Source of the DNA: Mizuhopecten yessoensis
Taxonomy: Eukaryota
DNA: 64,000 bases
Assembly: GCF_002113885.1 (NCBI RefSeq)
Contig: NW_018403450.1
Coordinates: 1,347,405-1,411,404 of the forward strand
Reading direction: 5' to 3'
Of the stretch, positions 54,101 to 64,000 are shown in pieces. How positions within the stretch are numbered: position 1 is the stretch's first letter; every line of letters starts with the position of its first letter. Both the position numbers and the translations under genes were made by a program. A model generated the notes under the pieces. That model was not told the DNA's origin, searched no databases, and saw only the letters and a program-made list of their open reading frames with translations.

Positions 54101-57100
54101 TAGCTGATGCCTTTGTCAAGCTTATAACCCTAATATTTATGTACCCTATATCCCTCAATATTTTACCTTTGTCAAGCTAGTAACCGTAATATTTATGTCC
54201 CTTATAACGCTCCATCTGATACCTTTGTCAAGCTAGTAACCCTAATATTGCTTTACTTTATAACGCCCCAGATGATACCTTTGTCAAGCTAGCAACCCTA
54301 ATATTTATGTACATTATAACTTTCTAGCTGATGCCTTTGTCAAGTTTATAACCTAATATTTATGTACCCTATAACGCTCAATATGATACCTTTGTCAAGC
54401 TAGTAACCCTAATATTGCTTTACTTTATAACGCCCCAGATGATACCTTTGTCAAGCTAGCAACCCTAATATTTATGTACATTATAACTTTCTAGCTGATG
54501 CCTTTGTCAAGTTTATAACCTAATATTTATGTACCCTATAACGCTCAATATGATACCTTTGTCAAGCTAGTAACCCTAATATTGCTTTACTTTATAACGC
54601 CCCAGATGATACCTTTGTCAAGCTAGCAACCCTAAAATTTATGTACATTATAACGCTTCAACTGATACCTTTGTCAAGCTAGTAACCCTAATATTGCTTT
54701 ACTTTATAACGCCCCAGATGATACCTTTGTCAAGCTAGCAACCCTAATATTTATGTACATTATAACTTTCTAGCTGATGCCTTTGTCAAGTTTATAACCT
54801 AATATTTATGTACCCTATAACGCTCAATATGATACCTTTGTCAAGCTAGTAACCCTAATATTTATGTACCTTATAACGCTTCAGTTGATACCTTTGTCAA
54901 GCTAGTAATCCTAATATTGCTTTACCTTCTAGTAACCCTAATATTGCTTTACTTTATAACGCCCCAGATGATACCTTTGTCAAGCTAGCAACCCTAATAT
55001 TTATGTTCATTATAACGTTCTAGCTGATGCCTTTGTCAAGTTAATAACCTAATATTTATGTACCCTATAACGCTCAATATGGTACCTTTGTCAAGCTAGT
55101 AACCCTAATATTTATGTACCTTATAACGCTTCAGTTGATACCTTTGTCAAGCTAGTAATCCTAATATTGCTTTACCTTCTAGTAACCCTAATATTGCTTT
55201 ACTTTATAACGCCCCAGATGATACCTTTGTCAAGCTAGCAACCCTAATATTTATGTACATTATAACTTTCTAGCTGATGCCTTTGTCAAGTTTATAACCT
55301 AATATTTATGTACCCTATAACGCTCAATATGATACCTTTGTCAAGCTAGTAACCCTAATATTTATGTACCTTATAACGCTTCAGTTGATACCTTTGTCAA
55401 GCTAGTAATCCTAATATTGCTTTACCTTCTAGTAACCCTAATATTGCTTTACTTTATAACGCCCCAGATGATACCTTTGTCAAGCTAGCAACCCTAATAT
55501 TTATGTACATTATAACTTTCTAGCTGATGCCTTTGTCAAGTTTATAACCTAATATTTATGTACCCTATAACGCTCAATATGATACCTTTATCAGGCTAGT
55601 CACCCTACTACATCTGTACCTTATAACGCTCCAGCTGATACCTCTCCAGTTGATACCTTTGTCAGGCTAGTAACCCTACTATATCTGTACCTTATAACGC
55701 TCTAGCCGATACCTATGTCAAGCTAGTAACCCTTATATTTATGTACATTATAACGTTTTAGCTGATGCCCTTGTCAAGCTAATAACCCTGATATTTATGT
55801 ATCCTATAACCCTCAATATTTTACCTTTGTCAAGCTAGTAACCGTAATATTTATGTACCTTATCNACCTTATAACACCCAAGCTGATACCTTTGTCAAGC
55901 TTGCAACCCTAATATTGCTTTACCTTATAACGCTCCATCTGATACCTTTGTCAAGCTAGTAACCCTAATATTTATGTACCTTATAACGCTTCAGTTGATA
56001 CCTTTGTCAAGCTAGTAACCCTAATATTGCTTTACTTTATAACGCCCCAGATGATACCTTTGTCAAGCTAGCAACCCTAAAATTTATGTACATTATAACG
56101 CTTCAACTGATACCTTTGTCAAGCTAGTAACCCTAATATTGCTGTACCACATAACGCTCCAGTTGACACCTTTGTCAAGCTAGTAACCCTGATATTGCTG
56201 TACCATATAATGCTCCAGTTGATACCTTTGTCAATCTAATAACCCTAATATTGCTGTACCTTATAACGCTCCATCTGATACCTTTGTCAGGATAATAACT
56301 AGTAACCCTACTATATCTGAACCATATAACGCTCCAGCTGATACCTTTGTCAGGATAATGACCCTAATATTGCTCTACCTAATAACGGTCCAGCTGATAT
56401 CTTTGTCAAGCTAGTAACCCTGATATTGCTGTACCATATAATGCTCCAGTTTATTCCTTTGTCAATCTAATAACCCTAATATGAATGTACCCTATAACGC
56501 TCAAGTTGATACCTTTGTCAGGCTAGTAACCCTACTATATCTGAACCATATAACGCTCCAGTTGATACCTTTGTCAGGATAATAACCCTAATATTGCTCT
56601 ACCTAATAACGCTCCAGCTGATATCTTTGTCAAGGTAGTAACCTTAATATGTATGTACCCTATAACGCTCCATATGATACCTTTGTCAAGCTAGTAACCC
56701 TACTATATCTGTACCTTATAATGCTCTAGCCGATACCTTTGTCAAGCTAGTAACCCTAATATTGCTTTACCTTATAACACCCAAGCTGATACCTCTGTCA
56801 AGCTTGCAACCCTAGTATTGCTTTCCCTTATAACGCTCCATCTGACACCTTTGTCAAGCTAGTAACCCTAATATTGCATTACCTTATAACACCCAAGCTG
56901 ACACCTTTGTCAAGCTTGCAACCCTAGTATTGCTTTCCCTTATAACGCTCCATCTGACACCTTTGTCAAGCTAGTAACCCTAATATTGCTTTACCTTATA
57001 ACCCCCAAGCTGATACCTTTGTCAAGCTTGCAACCCTAGTATTGCTTTCCCTTATAACGCTCCATCTGATACCTTTGTCAAGCTAGTAACCCTAATATTT

Positions 57101-57646
57101 ATGTACCTTATAACGCTTCAGTTGATACCTTTGTCAAGCTAGTAATCCTAATATTGCTTTACCTTATAACGCCCCAGATGATACCTTTGTCAAGCTAGCA
57201 ACCCTAATATTTATGTACATTATAACGCTTCAGCTGATACCTTTGTCAAGCTAGTAAAACTAATATTTATGTACCGTATAACGCTCAAGCTATTACCTTT
57301 ACCTTTGTCAAGCTAGCAACCCTAATATTTATGTACATTATAACATTCCAGCTGATTCCATTGTCAAGCTAATAACCCTAATATTTATGTACCCTATAAC
57401 GCTCCATATGATACCTTTGTCAAGCTAGTAACCCTAATATCTATGTACCTTATAACGCTCCATCTGATACCTTTGTCAAGCTAGTAACCCTAATATTGCT
57501 CTACCTTATAACGCTCCAGTTGATACCTTTGTCAAGCTAGTAACCCTTATATTTATGTACCTTATAACGCTTCAGTTGATACCTTTGTGAAGCGAGTAAC
57601 CCTAATATTGCTCTACCTTATAACGTTCCAACTGATACCTGTCAAG
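51170..57646. repeat. 56-bp satellite array (~6.5 kb, ~115 units) with local higher-order repeats
   Basis: Unit gatacctttgtcaagctagtaaccctaatattgctgtaccttataacgctccagtt. One N at 55865, and diverged monomers on both flanks. Confidence 0.97.
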
Positions 57647-57829
57647 TTCAGGGCCATAATGAGTATATGCATTATATCGCTACAAATCCTTCGTTTGTCA
57701 ATTTAAAACCCTAATAATTTTACACATCATCACACTACTTTAGAAAAAGGTATCCTTCTTATTTTCGTGTCGTTATTTCCGTATTGTGTATCGGGCATTT
57801 CAATGCCGTAGTGTAAATTAAAGTAAATT

Positions 57830-59185
57830 GTACACGTGCGCGACGATGATGTGTCAACAACCGATGTCGAGACTTGAAAATGTGTAATCACATATATTTC
57901 AGAAATAAAACTTCTGATACAAAGACATACACTGACTCACGGGAAAATACTGACATAAGTCCAGACGACTTTAAGAAGGTCATATTTGAAAAGCGCATGG
58001 ACTGCGGACTGACGTGTTTTGTGTACCGACCTAACCTGTTTATATCACGAGCTTACACCAGTTCACAAGCTGAAGGTCGTTGCGATTATTGCTGCCGAGC
58101 GAGTTACGATCTGTCGAGTAAATCAGTTTTACAAATGTAGTCCACTTACTCTGTGAAAACAGTTTTTTTTTTTATAAAATATCAAGATTGATCCAATGAA
58201 ATGCATGTGCGGGTGCACGTGAGAACAGATGTACATTACATGTGAGTATAGCATGCGCTAGCGGGCGGCGGAGTGATGTTCAAAGTGTATATCATTAAGA
58301 GTAATTTGGTTCCATAAAAGAACAATAAGTTCACAATTGTCATATCATAACTTTAATTTATGTCCATCATTTCTGATACAACTGTCATTGTGTAAATTGC
58401 ATCCCTCTGCAAAAAGTCTCGCATTGTTTTCAAAGAAGACAACTCTCATCAGGATGTAAGTGATCGTAAAATGCAAAAATAAAGCATGTATGCATATTTT
58501 GTTCAATTTGTCACTCCTTTTGTATGAAAACATGTGTCCTGTTTGCTTTTAGCTTTCGCTTTCATCCATACAGTTCCATTAAAAAACACTTTGTATAACG
58601 TGTTTTATATCTTTTGTAATAAATAAAATATGTGTAGGGTTAATAAGCAATACTTCTTTTCACTTTTTTATTGTTGTTATTGTTCCGAACAATGCCACAT
58701 CAAAACAAAATGGAAAATATCAAAATTGACGAGAGGTCAATTTTTGTCTTGCCGTCACGAAGAATCGGAAGCGAGACTAAGGTGTTGCTTTCCCGATATG
58801 AAGTTTTTGCGTTTAAGTTAGTGTCACTGAAAATAAAAATGCTAGACCAAACAAACTTGGGCCATCTTAGGTAGTACATCTCCAACCATGCATCAAATGC
58901 TAGATGCTGCCTACCTTTCATGGTCCATTGACTTATCAACATTAAGTTTTTGCGTTTAAGTTATTTATTTGAAACTATTAGTGTTACACCAACCAAACTT
59001 GAAATGTGCATTGAAGGTCAAAGCGGGGCACAGGCGAGACATCAATCCGAATAGGTTGTTAAATATTTTTTTCCAAACATATCTCAAGTCTATGGGAAAG
59101 CAAAACCATCTCTTTAAAATTACATAACCATTAAGTGAAAGTTTTAACGAATTCTGCTGGTTAATTACGAAAGGGTCGATCCTCC
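57830..59185. mobile_element. Diverged second copy of the 48929-50203 Kolobok-like element, same orientation
   Basis: Colinear similarity from tacacgtgcg (49117 vs 57831) to gctggttaatt(a/g)cgaaag...ccTTAA. The left end is not resolved. Confidence 0.75.
58740..59060. mobile_element. Nested insertion, Helentron/HINE-like fragment (tentative)
   Basis: Not present in the 48929-50203 copy. It starts tttttgtcttgc...gcgagac (hairpin) and has a direct repeat aagtttttgcgtttaagtta at 58801 and 58944. Confidence 0.45.
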
Positions 59186-61234
59186 TTAAGGACCGAAACA
59201 TTTCTATTCATAATAACGCTACAACTGATATCCGTTGTCAGACCGAACACTCGTGATCTAGTGCACGTTTGTAGCGTACTGGATGATGTTCGGGGTGATC
59301 GTACAATGGGTCACTACGTCACTCCATCACATGGCCACTGTATACACACATGGGGGTATGTAACAGTCGCAAGATTATAGGGACGCCCAGGATGGCACTG
59401 CAGTCAACAAACATCATGTAATCAATCAAGACACCGCTCTTTATCATATGTATGTGTTATTGAATAGTCGCCTAGATATTATCAATAAATATAAAAACAT
59501 TATATGTAGCGCGTACATTCTAAATAGTGAAAATATTAGTGCCAACACACATGGGCAAATCGTATCTAAAGCAGGATGCTCAGAGTTTACTTAAATTAAT
59601 TAGCAAGTGTCTATGTATGTATGCCTGTTAATTATGTTTGTTATATATGTATGTCAAGTATGAATGAATGCATGCATGTTTGTGTGTTTGTGTAGACATG
59701 TAACTGTATTACTATGTATTTGTATTACGATAAATTTGTTTTTCAATGTAAAATGTTTATGTTTTGTCTGTGAATAAAAGAAAAGTAATTGAGAAGACAG
59801 GAATAACAACCCTTACTGTCCCATACTGAGATCGTGATAGCTAGAACACTGATGTCTCCATAACAACAATTCAGTTTTAAAAAGTTCGTCAAAATACAAC
59901 AAATACATTCGTATCTTTAGACATGGCTATTTATATATAAGTTTCAGATTATATAAAAATATTTGCTCATCAAAATGGTGATCTTGACCTATACGATGTA
60001 GGTAATGCCGAGATAGAAAATGTTTTTACAAAAACAAGGTTATATTTTAAGTATTCTTCACACTCCTAAAGTTAGATAAATCAATATGGCAAAATCGAAA
60101 AACAACATCAAAAACAAAACAAAACAACCAAAACAAAAATCCCAACCTTTTATATCAATCTAGCTTAAAAACATGTGTACACTGATATAATTACCAACTA
60201 CAATGCTGAAAATCAACAAAATAATACGCCATGTATGCACGGAAATCCAAGCCTGTTCCATCAGACCAACCTGAAATATATTTTCTAAAACATAAATAAA
60301 CTTCCGGATATTCATTTTCTTTCTCTCAGTATCAGTACTGATCAATTAATAATGTTAAGATTAAGGCAAGCACAGATCTTTTATAGTTATATTGAAGTGT
60401 TGAAAACGATCCTAAAAACCCATTTGTTTTTTATAAAAAAAAATAAAAAAAATATAGACAAACATACATGTGTATATTGACTATTACAAAAGATATCAAT
60501 ATAATTATATTTATAATATTTTTTACATGTATACAGTTATACAGCGCGAGACATAAAATATATATAAATAAAAAATAAAAAAATAAAATTCGAAAAGAGA
60601 ATACCGAAGTGCTAACAGAACCGTGATTTGATCTCTAAAGTAATAAACGTATAGTGAAAGTGAACAAGTGGAGGAGCACGTGACACAGCGTCCTCAGCTT
60701 AATCTACGACATCCGTCCAATTAAATCTAGGTCAAATCCAAGTTATTCCATAAGATAATATCACAATCGTGACCAAAAAGCTTGCACATTTTTCTTCAAC
60801 CTGCAGATACTAAAACCCTATATATGCTACAGTTTATGCATTCAAAATGAAATTGGCCAACAATTTGCAACCACTTTCAGTTTATCATTTGTTTTTGTAA
60901 ATTTGCATTGTGTATTTCAGGCCATTAACAACACTAGTTTCCTCCAAACTTAATCATTGACATTCAGAAATATTAAAGGTCATACCATAATCCAAGAGAC
61001 CTTCAATGACTCTATACGTACATGTTCATGGTTTTATCAATGAATTTTTATTATGGAAAATGACGATATTTTGTTTTCGACTCCTGTTTCTGTTTTCATT
61101 CCATTCATTTTTATTTTTATTTTTTTTCATCACGAGACATCAACAGTGTCGTCACCAGTGTTATTCGTGAACCACGTACTTTGTAGCGTGCGTCACCAAC
61201 TCCCGTTCAAGGTCTAGGTCATCAAACATCTCGA

Positions 61235-61241
61235 TATAAAA
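61235..61241 (+). promoter_or_regulatory. Candidate TATA box of the MSP130-like gene
   Basis: TATAAAA starting 58 bp upstream of ATG 61293. Confidence 0.5.
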
Positions 61242-61292
61242 CCTCTGTTGCATCAGTCGAATCGTAGAAGACCACATTTACAAAGCACCATC

Positions 61293-61506
61293 ATGTCAGG
61301 ACTACAAAGTATTGACGTATTCTGTCTAGTAATACTGTGTATTAGCGTAACGACATCTGCCCCAGTAGAAAGGATCCATCTGGAGAAACTGTCCACTATT
61401 TACCTGCCCCATTCTTACGTCGACGGCGTCCCACAGTACAAATACAACTCTCTGGCGGCCACCCAGTCGGCGTACGACGCTAGGCAACACGTGGTTTACG
61501 TCATAG
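61293..61506 (+). CDS. MSP130: First coding exon of a secreted protein, probably MSP130 (mesenchyme-specific cell surface glycoprotein) family; no downstream exon identified in the window
   Basis: Signal peptide MSGLQSIDVFCLVILCISVTTS, then IHLEKLSTIYLPHSY...AATQSAYDARQHVVYVIG. From memory this matches the L-S-T-x-Y-L-P-Y...A-A-E-x-x-A-Y-D...Y-V-x-G N-terminus of MSP130-like proteins. Phase-1 donor AG|gtaaga. Confidence 0.68.
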
Positions 61507-61710
61507 GTAAGATTGTATAGTTGTTAGTTTCTGCCAATTAAGAACTTCCTATCGTGGACACTTTCGTTCTGTGTACGTGATTCAGAAATTAATGATAATA
61601 GAGGTAGACTTATAAATACTTTTATATCCAATAAAACAGTAACAGCTATAATGTTTTTAGACACTTTAGACACGGACTTAACAATCGTTTGAGCCTGTCT
61701 ACCACCGAAG

Positions 61711-61989
61711 CAGGGGCGGGTCCAGGTGAGGGCGTAATGGGCGCTCTTTTCAAAAAGAAATTAAAAATATCGTAATCTGCTAATATTGTATTGAATATGG
61801 CAATTTATCATATTCATTAATTAAACACATAAACACTCTGACACTTTCACTATAAAATATACATACTCCAAGTCAGGAACCGTTACATTAGTGCATTTCA
61901 CAATTATTTTATGTTTTTTAGCAAAAGAAAGGTCCAAAAAAAGTTTTGATTCTACGCCCCCTCTTTCAAATATCCTAGGAACGCCCCTG
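61711..61989. mobile_element. 279-bp MITE with a 5-bp TSD (hAT5-like or unclassified)
   Basis: TIRs caggggcgggtcc / ggaacgcccctg, with cgaag on both sides (61706-61710 and 61990-61994). Confidence 0.8.
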
Positions 61990-62311
61990 CGAAGAGTCTT
62001 TAAATGACAAAATGCCCGTATGATGAAGACAACAATTACTGTTTGGCTTTCTGCTTCTTCATTTCTTTTAGTGATAAACATATACCACCCATACTAGATA
62101 TAACTCCTGTTTTGTATGTACTAATATATATGTTGTTCGATGGTTTAAATGAAATATTAGTTAGAGAGTAAACGCTTTTAACATCTATTTTCATTCTGTT
62201 GATTTCCAGTAGTAGTGCTGTGTCATAAATAGACAAACGTGGCGAAGAGTTGTAATTCTATTTTTGTTTTCTGCATCGATATCCTTAAATACATGTTCAT
62301 GACTCATATTT

Positions 62312-62458
62312 TTTCACGTGGGTTTTCTCCGGGTTCTCCGGTTTCCTCCCACACTAAGACCCCCCTCGCGCTAACATCCGGGCCATCAAGAGTGATTAAT
62401 ATAAGCTGAAATAATTTGTTTCGTAATTATTGTAAATTGAATAAAATTAATATTTAAA
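62312..62458 (+). mobile_element. 5'-truncated V-domain SINE with a 10-bp TSD
   Basis: gtgggttttctccgggttctccggtttcctcccac matches the V-SINE core, followed by an AT-rich tail. TSD actcatattt at 62302-62311 and 62459-62468. Confidence 0.8.
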
Positions 62459-62600
62459 ACTCATATTTCAAGTTGTTACAGTAAAATCCACATGTATAAT
62501 GCAATGCATCTGTGTTTAAGATAATATTTGTGTTTCACGTAATACCCATATATACGTGTTTTATATTTCACTCCCGTGTCTTGTATACCACTTACATTTT

Positions 62601-63884
62601 GTATGTGTTTATATAACACCCATATTGCTGTATATCACTTGTGTGTTTATATAACACCCATATTGTTGTATATCACTTATGTGTTTATATAGCACCCCAA
62701 GTGTTGTATATCACTTATGTGTTTATATAACACCCATATTGCTGTATATCACTTATGGGTTTATATAACACCCATATTGATTTATATCACTTATGTGTTT
62801 ATATACCACCCATATTGCTGTATATCACTTGTGTGTTTATATAACACCCGTATTGTTGTATAACAGTTATGTGTTTATATAGCACCCATAGTGTTGTCTA
62901 TTACGTATGTGTTTATATAGCACCCATAGTGTTGTATATTACGTATGTGTTTATATAGTACCCATAGTGTTGTATTTCACTTATGTGTTTATATAACACC
63001 CATATGGCTGTATATCACTTATGTGTTTATAAAACACCCATATTGCTGTATATCAGTTATGTGTTTATATAGCACCCATAGTGTTCCATATCACTTATGT
63101 GTTTATATAGCCCCCATAGTGTTGTATATTACGTATGTGTTTATATAGCACCCATAGTGTTGCATATCACTTATGTGTTTATATAGCACTCATAGTGTTG
63201 TATATTACGTATGTGTTTATATAGTACCCATAGTGTTGTATTTCACTTATGTGTTTATATAACACCCATATTGATGTATATCACCTATGTGTTTATATAG
63301 CACCCATAGTGTTGTACATCACTCATGTGTTTACATAACACCCATAGTGTTGTATATCACTTATGGGTTTATATAACACCCATAGTGTTGTTTATCACTT
63401 ATGTGTTTATATAACTCCAATATTGATGTATATAACTTATGTGCTTATATAGCACCCATATTGCTGTATATCACTTGTGTGTTTATATAACACCCATATT
63501 GATGTATATCACCTATGTGTTTATATAGCACCCATAGGGTTGTATATTACGTATGTGTTTATATAGTACCCATAGTGTTGTATTTCACTTATGTGTTTAT
63601 ATAACCCCCATAGTGTTGTATATCATTTATGTGTTTATATAACACCCATAGTGTTGTTTATCACTTATGTGTTTATATAACTCCAATATTGATGTATATA
63701 ACTTATGTGCTTATATAGCACCCATATTGCTGTATATTACTTATGTGTTTATATAGCACCCATAGTGTTGTCTATTACGTATGTGTTTATATAGCACCCA
63801 TATTGCTGTATGTCACTTATGTGTTTATATAACACCCATATTGCTGTATATCACTTATGTGGTTATATAACACCCATATTGTTG
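62601..63884. repeat. 38-bp tandem repeat (~34 copies), probably intronic
   Basis: Unit tatataacacccatattgctgtatatcacttatgtgtt and variants. Confidence 0.95.
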
Positions 63885-64000
63885 ATGATGTGTGCCCTGC
63901 ATGGGGACCAAATTACCCCTTCAGCACATATTTTTTTTTATCATCTATCTGACCAATGGTTGAAATACAAAGCCAGAACTACATACAGAATCTGAGGTCA

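Noticed and set aside
62945-63995. Short ORFs in the 38-bp array, and those at 33816 and 39890-40382
   Set aside because: They are translations of tandem repeats or microsatellites with no coding signals.

Overview
AT-rich, intron-containing animal DNA. It is probably a mollusc and possibly a bivalve, inferred from the repeat landscape and an MSP130-like gene. The window holds four multi-exon genes for secreted, Cys-free, glycine-rich repeat proteins on the + strand. One is a divergent member at 3.1-8.4 kb (445 aa). The other three are ~14-kb tandem duplicates A, B and C, with ATGs at 14809, 29540 and 43923 (409, 412 and about 405 aa). All four share one layout: TATA box, non-coding exon 1, signal-peptide exon, large repeat exon, two smaller exons and a tiny last exon ending in Tyr. 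Every coding intron is phase 1. The proteins are charge-segregated block polymers, and their basic (GGYPKGG), acidic (GDDFG) and His/Ile (GGGHGGGII) repeats all have a 16-residue period. The first exon of a probable MSP130-family biomineralisation gene follows at 61.3 kb. The rest is decayed LINEs, non-autonomous DNA transposons (TA, TTAA and 5-bp TSDs), a V-type SINE and four satellite families (29, 16, 56 and 38 bp). Shared and empty insertion sites allow the duplication history to be partly reconstructed. All family assignments come from motif recognition by eye; no database searches were run.
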